IMG/VR virus record: IMGVR_UViG_3300017991_000008
Span: 16,524-80,523 of that record
Reading direction: 5' to 3' (one strand)
DNA from: a virus
Length of the DNA stretch: 64,000 nucleotides
The notes under the pieces are model-generated. The model saw only the letters and a list, made by a program, of their open reading frames with translations. It had not been told where the DNA came from and ran no database searches. A program made the translations under genes and the position numbers. Shown piece after piece: positions 46,887 through 55,006 of the stretch. The stretch's first letter is position 1. Each line of letters opens with the position of its first letter.

Positions 46887-48209
46887 ATGACAGAAAAACT
46901 GGTAGATAGTCCACAAACTATCATCGAATTTCAATCAAGAAATGTGAAACGGCTCAAGGTGGTCAGGATAACACCCGAAGGTGAAATGGTGGTCATCGGA
47001 GGTGATAACGAACAAGGAAAGTCATCGATATTGGATTCGATAGTCTATGCGTTCGAGGGCAAGAGATCATTTCCTAAACAGATTGTGAGAAAGGGGGCAG
47101 CCGACGCCGAGATAATGATCAAGACCCAGAATTTGGAGATACGTCGCAAGATCAATGAGAATGGCAAGGCAGTTTTGGAGCTCAGAAAAGACGGTGTTAA
47201 GGTTAAGAACGCCCAGCAAACAGCCTTGGATACTCTCACACACGGTATTTCGTTTGACCCGGAAGAGTTTTCGCGCATGGACAAAACCAAACAGGCGGAA
47301 CACCTTCGCAAACTCATTAAGCTAGATATGAGCGACCTGGAGACCGATTATGAACGGGAATACAATGACAGATCGGATGTTAATCGAGATCTGCAGAAAC
47401 AGAAAGCGAAACTGGAATCGATGCCGTTTCACCCTGGGATACCAGACGAAGAGAAGTCGGCCGCGGACCTCATGGTTGAACTCAGGGAAATACAACAACA
47501 CAACATGCAACAGGAACGGAGACAGCAGGAACTTAATGATTTAAGGGGTGAGAGAGATCGGCTAACCAGAGATGTGGAAGATTGGAAAAAGCAGATAGCA
47601 GATCTTCAAGCGAAGGTTGAATCGGCAGAGCAACGGATAGACAAGATCGTGGAGAAAGGGCAAGCTCTCCGCCAGGAGGCAGACGCCTTTGTTCCCAAAT
47701 CCGAAGACAATATCACCCAGGCTATGAAAACCATCGAGGACACAAATCGAAAGGTTCGCGAGAACAGAGAGTGGACCAAGTTGGAGACCAGTGTAAAAAA
47801 CCTGAATGAACGGTCAGAGCAGTTGTCGGCCTCCCTAAAATCCAACCTAGAAGAAAGAAAAAGACGCATGGCTTCAGTGGATATGCCAATAGAAGGATTG
47901 GCCTTTGACGAGCAGGGTTTCGTGACGTACAAGGGGATCGATTTCGCTGAGTGCTCGAGCGCGGAACAAACCAGGGTTTCAACGGCAATCGCCCTGCGAA
48001 CTAATCCCGATCTGCCTGTAATACTGATCCGAAACGGATCACTTATGGGGCCAAAGAATCGACAGATAGTGTTGGAAATGGGTGCGGCTGCCGGCGCACA
48101 GGTATGGATGGAAAGGGTTACCACAGACAAAAACGAAGGGATCATTATCGAGGACGGTTCCATACTATCTGAGCCAGAGAAAAAACAAGGGAATCTAAGC
48201 CTGAATTAA
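46887..48209 (+). CDS. SMC/RecF-like ABC-type ATPase with long coiled coil
   Basis: N.KR.K.V.I, IGGDNEQGKSS Walker A, coiled coil, degenerate signature SSAEQ and Walker B ILIRNGS. Confidence 0.8.
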   Translation: MTEKLVDSPQTIIEFQSRNVKRLKVVRITPEGEMVVIGGDNEQGKSSILDSIVYAFEGKRSFPKQIVRKGAADAEIMIKTQNLEIRRKINENGKAVLELRKDGVKVKNAQQTALDTLTHGISFDPEEFSRMDKTKQAEHLRKLIKLDMSDLETDYEREYNDRSDVNRDLQKQKAKLESMPFHPGIPDEEKSAADLMVELREIQQHNMQQERRQQELNDLRGERDRLTRDVEDWKKQIADLQAKVESAEQRIDKIVEKGQALRQEADAFVPKSEDNITQAMKTIEDTNRKVRENREWTKLETSVKNLNERSEQLSASLKSNLEERKRRMASVDMPIEGLAFDEQGFVTYKGIDFAECSSAEQTRVSTAIALRTNPDLPVILIRNGSLMGPKNRQIVLEMGAAAGAQVWMERVTTDKNEGIIIEDGSILSEPEKKQGNLSLN

Positions 48210-48221
48210 ACAGGAGAAATT

Positions 48222-48458
48222 ATGGACTGGACGAAGCAAGTTCCACAAACACGGGGCATCTATCTTGGTTATTTTATACCAGAGGAAAGGGTAGTTCCTG
48301 TGGATGTGGATTGGGCAAACGGCGAGGAGAAATCATTTCTCGAACCATGGATCCCAGGTTATGAATATGCGCTGGAGTGGGGTGACTTTAAGTTGTGGTT
48401 CGGCCCTATAGAATTCAATCTACCAAAAGGTTTCAAGATTCCAAAAGACACCGTATGA
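48222..48458 (+). CDS. Small hypothetical protein
   Basis: AGGAG SD; W....P...G.Y pattern common in phage small proteins. Confidence 0.55.
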   Translation: MDWTKQVPQTRGIYLGYFIPEERVVPVDVDWANGEEKSFLEPWIPGYEYALEWGDFKLWFGPIEFNLPKGFKIPKDTV

Positions 48459-48883
48459 GACTCTGGCATGAAAAATTGATAAGCGTTCTACCGAGGGCTC
48501 AACTACTGGGACAGCACAGGGAGTGCTGTGCTCTGAGGGGGCTTGGGTGGGGTCGAAAACATTCAACTGTCGATTATGTATTTAAGTATTCACCGATGTG
48601 TCTTGGTTATTATCACATTAAAGTTCTTTCTGAGATGAAAAAGAGGGGATACAATATTGAGGGGAAATGGTGGTACCCGTTTTATAGAGGGAAACGATGC
48701 GAGGAGTGGAGGTATTCTCAATTGATTGTCGACACCTGGATGTTTCCCAGAATAGACAACGGACTGCCAATCTACCCCGAACACAACGACCGATATTTAG
48801 AAAACTGTATTGAGAACCTGAAAGGGAAGGGCATAGAGATATCGCTAAAGGGAGGCGGACGTGTATCAGTACGGTGTGAATGA
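48455..48883 (+). CDS. TIGR02328-family / pyrimidine-dimer DNA glycosylase-like protein
   Basis: MRLWH..LI..LPR.QLLGQHRECCALRG.GWG.KH.TVDYVF...YPEH...YL.EC signature. Confidence 0.8.
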   Translation: MRLWHEKLISVLPRAQLLGQHRECCALRGLGWGRKHSTVDYVFKYSPMCLGYYHIKVLSEMKKRGYNIEGKWWYPFYRGKRCEEWRYSQLIVDTWMFPRIDNGLPIYPEHNDRYLENCIENLKGKGIEISLKGGGRVSVRCE

Positions 48884-49037
48884 CACTTGCTGTTTGTTAT
48901 CCGATGCGGGCATTGTATATGCCACGGGTCCATGGAATGAAAAATCATGGTCTGATAGACAACAACTGCCCGGCGATCATTATGTGACATTGCAGAGCAT
49001 CGAGTCATTTTGTGTGTCGCCGCCGATGGTGCTCTAA
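48861..49037 (+). CDS. Small beta-rich protein (58 aa, not in ORF track)
   Basis: GGAGG SD plus GTG; MYQYGVNDTCCLLSDAGIVYATGPWNEKSWSDRQQLPGDHYVTLQSIESF. Confidence 0.55.
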   Translation: MYQYGVNDTCCLLSDAGIVYATGPWNEKSWSDRQQLPGDHYVTLQSIESFCVSPPMVL

Positions 49038-49267
49038 TGCTGCGTAGTAGAAAACAAAAATATCAGCCATGGTCAGGGTCAGGGGTAGAGTCATGGTCGG
49101 GGTCATGGTCGGGGTCATGGTCGGGGTCAGGGTCAGGGTCAGGGCCACGGTCAGAGTCAGGGTCGCGGTCCTGGTTATGGTCATGGTCAGGGTCAGGGTT
49201 ATGGTCATGGTCAGGGTTATGGTCAGGGTCGTGGTCAGGGTCGTGGTCACGGTCATGGTCAGGTTAA
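49037..49267 (+). CDS. Ser-Trp/Ser-Gly low-complexity repeat peptide
   Basis: TAATG coupling; basic MLRSRKQK leader followed by about 32 (W/G/R)S dipeptides. Confidence 0.5.
   Translation: MLRSRKQKYQPWSGSGVESWSGSWSGSWSGSGSGSGPRSESGSRSWLWSWSGSGLWSWSGLWSGSWSGSWSRSWSG
49070..49264. repeat. Tandem hexamer array, consensus NGGTCA
   Basis: About 32 units of TGGTCA/GGGTCA/TGGTCG/CGGTCA/GGGTTA. Confidence 0.9.
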
Positions 49268-49282
49268 CAAAGGATTTAACAA

Positions 49283-49525
49283 ATGAAACAACGAATCAAA
49301 CCAAATTATGAAGGTGAGGAACCTATGTGTAGCGATAAGAGTGGTGATTGTCCGCGTTTTCCGAGAAATCTAGAAGGTTTTCTTGATAGAAAGTCACATT
49401 GTTGGGGTTGTGATGGTTCATGTATTCCTGGCATTAAACGAGATAGAGACAAGTACAAACAAGCATTAGAAGAGGATCATAAAATACTTTCAAATGGCGA
49501 GACTGCACAAAAAACGAAGGGATAA
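49283..49525 (+). CDS. Cassette gene A (Cys domain KP.Y...EP.CS..CIP..RDRDK)
   Basis: Paralogous to 49527 and 50656. Confidence 0.6.
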   Translation: MKQRIKPNYEGEEPMCSDKSGDCPRFPRNLEGFLDRKSHCWGCDGSCIPGIKRDRDKYKQALEEDHKILSNGETAQKTKG

Positions 49526-49526
49526 G

Positions 49527-49859
49527 ATGAGTAAAATAAACCCGAAATACGTAGACGGTGAGCCGGTATGCAGCGAGAATTGCCCTGCGTGGAAACGCGA
49601 GGCAGCTCCGGTATACGGCGAGGGATGCACTATATCATGGGCGGGCAGAGCCGGTTCGCTTTGCATTCCCGCATTGCGTCGAGACCGCGACAAACTAGAA
49701 GCCGAGTTGGCAGAGTGCAAGCGGGAAAATGAGCGGTTAAAGGGACTAATAAAAATGTTAGATTTAGACTGTACAGACTGTGCCAATTGCGACAATCACG
49801 AAGCGTGTTCAGAGTGCAGAGGATTTTCGAATTATATCGAGGAGAAAACCGATGAGTAA
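49527..49859 (+). CDS. Cassette gene B (Cys domain, LEAELAECK coil, Cys-rich tail)
   Basis: Paralogy; ends in junction repeat. Confidence 0.65.
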   Translation: MSKINPKYVDGEPVCSENCPAWKREAAPVYGEGCTISWAGRAGSLCIPALRRDRDKLEAELAECKRENERLKGLIKMLDLDCTDCANCDNHEACSECRGFSNYIEEKTDE

Positions 49860-50238
49860 AAAATATCATCAATGGACAGACGACGATGACAAAAAACTCA
49901 AAATAGCAATTGAAGAGTGTGAGATTTTATTCGAGCACTACAAAAATCAAAGCGGATCATACAATGATGGTAATGTTTGGGACGCTATTGCAGGGCGATT
50001 AGTTCCAAATTTATGTGTCACTGGCGCAGCGTATCGCCGCCGATGGGAGGTGCTCAATCAGCGTAAAAATGACGCATGGGAAAAAACCTCAGAAATGGTG
50101 CGGACGTATGAACGCGATCTGGCAGAAACAACGTTTGACGGTGTATCAGAAATACTCGGAAACGTTGACGCGCTATTTGATAAATTTGTCGAGCTGGAAA
50201 AGAAAATAGATAAACTTTTAGGCATTTGGGAGGCATAG
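49852..50238 (+). CDS. Cassette gene C: Myb/SANT-like (RsfA-like) HTH protein
   Basis: WTDDDD..L...W..IA..L...T..A.R.RW. Confidence 0.6.
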   Translation: MSKKYHQWTDDDDKKLKIAIEECEILFEHYKNQSGSYNDGNVWDAIAGRLVPNLCVTGAAYRRRWEVLNQRKNDAWEKTSEMVRTYERDLAETTFDGVSEILGNVDALFDKFVELEKKIDKLLGIWEA

Positions 50239-50249
50239 GGAGAAAACCG

Positions 50250-50663
50250 ATGAGTAAACCCAAAGACTTTTTAGTGGGCACGGGAAAAACTGACGAGGAT
50301 AAAAGACAAGAAGAAGAACGCCTTGATGAATTGAAAAGAGTTATAGCTGAAAGTAAAGAAAATAGAAAACCAAAGCAGTTTTTAGATGGAAACCCCTGTA
50401 TAGGAGACTTCCCTAGCATGGATTGGTATCGAAACAAATGCGAATCCCTCGAAACCGAGCTGGCAGTGGCACGGGGAAAAAACGAGAGGTTGAAAATAAC
50501 ACTAAAAGATTTCATCAAACAAGCTCTTTCGGATTTTAAAGGAATAGAAGGCGAGATGTTAAAAACTAAATTTGCTGAATGGTCTTCAGTTGCCAATACA
50601 CAACGATGGGGCGAAGAGATATTGGAAAGACTGAGAGGTAAAAAAAAGAAAACCGATGAGTGA
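50250..50663 (+). CDS. Cassette gene D (coil repeat, unique flanks)
   Basis: Starts in junction repeat; LETELAVARGKNERLK. Confidence 0.6.
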   Translation: MSKPKDFLVGTGKTDEDKRQEEERLDELKRVIAESKENRKPKQFLDGNPCIGDFPSMDWYRNKCESLETELAVARGKNERLKITLKDFIKQALSDFKGIEGEMLKTKFAEWSSVANTQRWGEEILERLRGKKKKTDE

Positions 50664-50961
50664 GATCAAACCCAAATACATAGATGGCGAGCCGATGTGT
50701 AGTGGTGAGGAATGTTCCCGGTGGGGTTTTGGAAATACGGATGACCCCCAAAATAGAACATGTTTTAGGAGTAATTCCCCCTGTATTCCTGCACTACGCC
50801 GTGACCGTGACAAACTAGAAGCCGAGCTAGCAGAGTGCAAGAGATCGGAATTAATAGCAGTTAAGGCTATGACTTATCTAGCTGGAAAGCTATCTAATAA
50901 AGATAAGCTATCCCCACAGTGGATTAAAGAAGCTTTGGAAATAGTGGAGAAAACCAAATGA
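50656..50961 (+). CDS. Cassette gene E (Cys domain, coil, unique tail)
   Basis: KPKYIDGEPMCS...CIPALRRDRDKLEAELAECK. Confidence 0.65.
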   Translation: MSEIKPKYIDGEPMCSGEECSRWGFGNTDDPQNRTCFRSNSPCIPALRRDRDKLEAELAECKRSELIAVKAMTYLAGKLSNKDKLSPQWIKEALEIVEKTK

Positions 50962-51179
50962 GCATTAGAAATGATACGGTTAGAGATTTAATATCGCATC
51001 TACAACACTACGGTGAGGTTACATGTGAACACTGTGAAAGACAATTAGTGCTTGAAAATATGATAGATGTGACAATCAATATAAAAAAACTGGTGGACGG
51101 AGATAGAATGGTTGGAACGGTATGGTGGGAGTGTCCGGTATGTTTAGATATGGTTAGTAGCGATTTTTGGATACGATGA
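50958..51179 (+). CDS. Cassette gene F: zinc-ribbon protein
   Basis: CEHC...CPVC. Confidence 0.6.
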   Translation: MSIRNDTVRDLISHLQHYGEVTCEHCERQLVLENMIDVTINIKKLVDGDRMVGTVWWECPVCLDMVSSDFWIR

Positions 51180-51195
51180 CTGGAGGAGAAAACCG

Positions 51196-51669
51196 ATGAG
51201 TGAGCAGCACATAACTATTATAAGGGCTCATGAGTGCAAGCCGTTGGATTTACAAGCGTTGAGGTATTGGCTACACATAACCCGCACAGATAGTGAGTGG
51301 ATTGTAAAAAATGCCGATGATTGGGGAGCTATACAGCGCGAGGCAATAAAAAAACTCGAAGCCGAGCTAGCAGAGTGTAAGGCGGAATGTGAGCGGTTAG
51401 TAAAAAGCAGAGCAACTATCGCTGAAGAGCAAATAATTTTACGAAAAGATTTAGATGAAGCTCAGCGTCACTGGGATAAAACTCATCGACAACTTAAACC
51501 TCTCGAAACCGAGCTAGCAGAGTGTAAGGCAGGCGTTATGAATCTATGTATTCAATGGAGAGAAAAAAAAGGCTGCGTTGGCGATGGAGATTGTGAATAT
51601 GACGGCAATGCAAGTCCCGCATGTCGTTGTGAAATAGCTAAAATACAACAGATCGTAGCACCTAAATAG
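51196..51669 (+). CDS. Cassette gene G (two coil repeats, Cys-rich tail)
   Basis: KLEAELAECK and LETELAECK. Confidence 0.65.
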   Translation: MSEQHITIIRAHECKPLDLQALRYWLHITRTDSEWIVKNADDWGAIQREAIKKLEAELAECKAECERLVKSRATIAEEQIILRKDLDEAQRHWDKTHRQLKPLETELAECKAGVMNLCIQWREKKGCVGDGDCEYDGNASPACRCEIAKIQQIVAPK

Positions 51670-51685
51670 AAAAGGAACCTAATAA

Positions 51686-52324
51686 ATGAACGAAAAGAGG
51701 ATACCATCAGATCACTATCCAACCCCAACGCCACTTGTGGACCGGGGTATAATGATAGCACTGGATCGCTTTTCCCGGTGCAACAATTGGCTATCAGTAA
51801 AACCGAACAGGTTAACATTTTTGGATCCCGGATGTGGTCCAGATGCTCGATTTGCTCAACACGCTGTTTCCCTGCATGTCAATGAGGTTGTGGGCGTGGA
51901 TATTAATGAGCCAGGAAAGGGGAAGTTACCTCCACAGATGTACTTCGAGACAGATTACTTGAAGAAAAAAGGGAGGTGGTATCGGCCAGGATACTATGAC
52001 ATTATATGTGGAAACCCTCCGTTTTCACTTGCCGAGAAATTTGTTGTGACATCGTTGGAGTTGGTTTCTCCCTTGGGAGTGGTTTGTTTGCTACTTCGAT
52101 TAGGATTTTGGGCCTCACAGAAAAGGTTCGATTTTTATGAAAACTATCCCCCGGCCAAAACGATTGTCTTGGCAGAACGACCATCATTTTATTCCGACAC
52201 TGGCATGGGGAAGACAGATGGTACGGAGTACGCCTTTTTTTTATGGGATGGTGCTCAAGTTAGAAAAATTCTAAATGGAATGGGAGTCAAACCTACTATT
52301 GAACGCATATCATGGAGGGATTGA
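51686..52324 (+). CDS. Amino-type (m6A/m4C) DNA methyltransferase
   Basis: D.YPTP, LDPGCG, GVDI, IICGNPPF, RPSF...G.TD..EYA. Confidence 0.85.
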   Translation: MNEKRIPSDHYPTPTPLVDRGIMIALDRFSRCNNWLSVKPNRLTFLDPGCGPDARFAQHAVSLHVNEVVGVDINEPGKGKLPPQMYFETDYLKKKGRWYRPGYYDIICGNPPFSLAEKFVVTSLELVSPLGVVCLLLRLGFWASQKRFDFYENYPPAKTIVLAERPSFYSDTGMGKTDGTEYAFFLWDGAQVRKILNGMGVKPTIERISWRD

Positions 52325-52325
52325 A

Positions 52326-52571
52326 ATGAATACAGTGCAATCAGAATGGGACAGTTTCAAAGAAAAGGTTATCCCGAAAGATGCACCGCCTGTACAATTA
52401 AAGGAAATGAGAAATGCTTTTTACGGTGGGGCTTGGTCGATGCTCAACATGTTAACTGAACTTGGAAATCTATCGGAGAAAGCTGCAATGGGCATGATTG
52501 ATGGTCTTGAGGAGGAATTTAAATTGTTCCTTGCAGAAAAAGTAGGAGAGATAGGTGCCAAACATCAATGA
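52326..52571 (+). CDS. Small hypothetical protein
   Basis: GGAGGG SD; P.Q..EMRNAFY.GA pattern. Confidence 0.65.
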   Translation: MNTVQSEWDSFKEKVIPKDAPPVQLKEMRNAFYGGAWSMLNMLTELGNLSEKAAMGMIDGLEEEFKLFLAEKVGEIGAKHQ

Positions 52572-53013
52572 CAGAATAATAGTGACCGAGCTCTGCCAGG
52601 TGGACACGTCTCGACGCTTACCTCCAGAGACGTTCGAAAAGATCAACCAGATAAAAGACGATAGTACCTTCTGGCAGGTGGTAGCCACTTGCTGGATCAA
52701 GTGGGGGCGCACGAAGGATTTAGCTGGATGGAAAAAGTTATTCTCAACCAACAGGCGTGGCCGTTGGCATATGATGAAAAAGAAAGACCGGAAAGTGTGG
52801 CGTTCTCTTCCAAAGGTGGTGACGGCCTATCGGGCCGTGGCACCAGAAGAAGACGTGGACAGCATGATATCGTGGACGCTCAACAAGGAGGTGCTCGAGC
52901 GGATCTATAAGGACACTCGTGAGATAGTAACCAGGCGGTTTAAAAAAGAGGAAGTGATAGCTTATTTTGACAGGCGGAAGGAACACGAAATCATAGTTTT
53001 GGGAGGTGAGTAA
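52555..53013 (+). CDS. Putative ADP-ribosyltransferase-fold protein
   Basis: TAYRA (R), ISWTL (S-x-T), KEHEII (E-x-E) in canonical order. Confidence 0.55.
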   Translation: MPNINDRIIVTELCQVDTSRRLPPETFEKINQIKDDSTFWQVVATCWIKWGRTKDLAGWKKLFSTNRRGRWHMMKKKDRKVWRSLPKVVTAYRAVAPEEDVDSMISWTLNKEVLERIYKDTREIVTRRFKKEEVIAYFDRRKEHEIIVLGGE

Positions 53014-53300
53014 TGCCTTGCAAGGGGTACGTCGGAGGAGGTTTGATGATCTTTCAATGTGATAGACAGAGATCGGAGCCATGCGCCTACTGTGGAAGAA
53101 AAGGCGGGATCCAATGTCAATTCCCATTGTCTGGTGAGAAACAGGGGCACACCTGTGACAAATCACTATGCCCAAGGTGCGCTTTCATTGTGAACACTGG
53201 GGATCTACCAGACGGATTCGAACAGAAAGAAGATGGTGACACGTTGTACGTGTGTCCAGGGCATTACCGGTTTGTAGAAAGGAAAAAGGAGGGCCAATGA
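53013..53300 (+). CDS. Cys-rich small protein
   Basis: CAYC, C...C, CPRC, CP.H. Confidence 0.6.
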   Translation: MPCKGYVGGGLMIFQCDRQRSEPCAYCGRKGGIQCQFPLSGEKQGHTCDKSLCPRCAFIVNTGDLPDGFEQKEDGDTLYVCPGHYRFVERKKEGQ

Positions 53301-53761
53301 CAGGACCATGGTATGACAGAAACTCTCGTTTGTTCACAAAGTTTACAACACCCCAAGACAGCCCTTTCCCGAGTGGATTGAAACTCAATTGTAAGACCGG
53401 AGAGCATTGTATATATGTCAGCCACGGAGAAGAGATCCCTGATGAATGTCCAATTTGTGCTGGAAAGAAATGGCCACCGGAATGTGAATGTGCACAGCCT
53501 GTTATTGGAGACCGAGATCCCCTAACCAGAACCTGGCATTGCCTCGGGTGCAACTTGCCTCTAAGAGAAGACAGGCTTGAAGGGTTGATGCCACCACACG
53601 ATATCGAAGAGGGAGAGTTTCCATGTCTTTGTTTTGTGGATGAAAATGGTATTATAGACGGGGTGATCGATGAGTACACACCGGATATTTGTCGGCAAAC
53701 TATCGGAATAGAGCTGCCCATGAGGTATGCAAGGAGGAAAAAATGCGCAGAGAGCAGATAA
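53297..53761 (+). CDS. Cys-rich hypothetical protein
   Basis: GGAGG SD, ATGA overlap; CPIC, CEC, CLGC. Confidence 0.55.
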   Translation: MTGPWYDRNSRLFTKFTTPQDSPFPSGLKLNCKTGEHCIYVSHGEEIPDECPICAGKKWPPECECAQPVIGDRDPLTRTWHCLGCNLPLREDRLEGLMPPHDIEEGEFPCLCFVDENGIIDGVIDEYTPDICRQTIGIELPMRYARRKKCAESR

Positions 53762-54171
53762 TTAACCGTGTTGGGATCCTGATTTTAGCGGCTGCCTTGC
53801 TGGTTCCGGTACTAGTATCGAGCCAACGGGACGATTCTTGGCCCGAGGTTCGACGGTATCCTGCGACCATGGTACGTGTCGTGGATGGTGATACCTTCGA
53901 CGTGACGGTGGATCTCGGGTTTGACATATTCACCGACCAGAGGCTTCGCCTTGCTGTGGTAGATGCCTGGGAAACCAGGGGAGAGGAGAAAGAAAAGGGG
54001 CTCAAGGCCAAGGGGTTTGTTGAGCAACTTGCGGGTCCAGGTGCTAGCATCGTCGTGATCACGGATGGGAAGAAGGGGAAGTATGGCAGGGTGATAGCCA
54101 GCATTGACGTGGGGGGAATGGACCTCGGCACCGAACTCCTTGAGAACGGTCACGCTGAATACTACAAATAG
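53743..54171 (+). CDS. Thermonuclease (SNase-like) with N-terminal anchor
   Basis: VRVVDGDTF, RL..VDA.E, GKYGR.IA, L...GHA. Confidence 0.9.
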   Translation: MRREQIINRVGILILAAALLVPVLVSSQRDDSWPEVRRYPATMVRVVDGDTFDVTVDLGFDIFTDQRLRLAVVDAWETRGEEKEKGLKAKGFVEQLAGPGASIVVITDGKKGKYGRVIASIDVGGMDLGTELLENGHAEYYK

Positions 54172-54198
54172 CCCAAGAGGGGGAACAGGAGACAGAAG

Positions 54199-55002
54199 AT
54201 GTTTTTAAAATTACAGAGACCAATAATATTTTTCGATCTGGAGACCACCGGAACCGATGTGGAGAAGGATCGAATAATCGAGTTGGCGGCTATCGAATTT
54301 ACACCTGATGGCATGATCCATGAATCAAAAAGGATGAGGTTCAACCCAGGTGTTCCAATACCTCCAGAGGCAACGGCCGTCCATGGGTTCACAGATGAAG
54401 ATGTGAAAAATTGTCCATCGTTTGGAAGTAAGGCATCAGCTATTAACGACTCTTTCAAGGGGTGTGATCTTGGTGGATACAACATAATTAGATTTGACAT
54501 TCCTATGTTGCAGTCTGAGTTGGGACGCTGTGGTTACACCTTGGATTTATCCGTGGACATTATCGATGTGATGCAAATTTATCATCAGCGCGAGCCCAGG
54601 AATCTGGAAGCGGCTGTTCGAAAATACACGGGAAAAGAACACACCGAAGCTCACTCGGCATTAGAAGATGTGAAGGCTACAATCGACGTGCTCAAGGGTC
54701 AGATGGAGGTGTACGACGATTTGCCACGAACACCGTGTGAAATATATGAACAGCTAAGGGATCCTGACCAAGTGGATTTTGCGGGAAAGATCAGATGGGT
54801 GGGCGACGACATGACACTTACTTTTGGAAAGGAGGCTGGGAAGCCATTTCGGCAGATACCAACCGGCTATTTCCACTGGATAAGAAAGAATGGAGTTGTG
54901 GGTCCAGATGTAATGCACGTCATTTCGCTGGCCATTGACGGTCGATATTTAAGCAAAGAGGAATGGGAATATGATCGAGCACGTTTCAGGGGTAGTAGGT
55001 AG
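54199..55002 (+). CDS. DEDDh 3'-5' exonuclease (Pol III epsilon-like) with DUF3820-like tail
   Basis: FDLETTG, GYN..RFD, H.A.ED; FGK..GK....IP..Y..W. Confidence 0.9.
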   Translation: MFLKLQRPIIFFDLETTGTDVEKDRIIELAAIEFTPDGMIHESKRMRFNPGVPIPPEATAVHGFTDEDVKNCPSFGSKASAINDSFKGCDLGGYNIIRFDIPMLQSELGRCGYTLDLSVDIIDVMQIYHQREPRNLEAAVRKYTGKEHTEAHSALEDVKATIDVLKGQMEVYDDLPRTPCEIYEQLRDPDQVDFAGKIRWVGDDMTLTFGKEAGKPFRQIPTGYFHWIRKNGVVGPDVMHVISLAIDGRYLSKEEWEYDRARFRGSR

Positions 55003-55006
55003 GGTC

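Larger units (their letters stand above)
49841..51204 (+). repeat. Dispersed gene-junction repeat GGAGAAAACCGATGAG(T)
   Basis: Copies at 49841, 50239, 50647 (partial), 50946 (variant), 51185. Confidence 0.85.
49692..51530 (+). repeat. Dispersed intragenic repeat CT(A/C)GAA(G/A)CCGAG(C/T)T(A/G)GCAG(A/T)G
   Basis: Copies at about 49692, 50448, 50812, 51352, 51502, all encoding LE(A/T)ELA(E/V). Confidence 0.85.

Noticed and set aside
46887-48209. Inactive ATPase because of degenerate signature and Walker B
   Set aside because: From memory, similar degenerate motifs are common in this phage SMC-like family, so this was not treated as a special feature.
49005-49311. ORFs 49005..49256 (-, TL/TM repeats) and 49069..49311 (+, VR/VM repeats)
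   Set aside because: These are alternative frames kept open by the hexamer periodicity. Only the SW frame has a coupled start (TAATG) and non-repetitive leader, though this is not proven.
49070-51530. CRISPR array
   Set aside because: The hexamer array has no spacers. The dispersed repeats are 16-35 bp but separated by 230-760 bp of coding sequence, and no cas genes are present.
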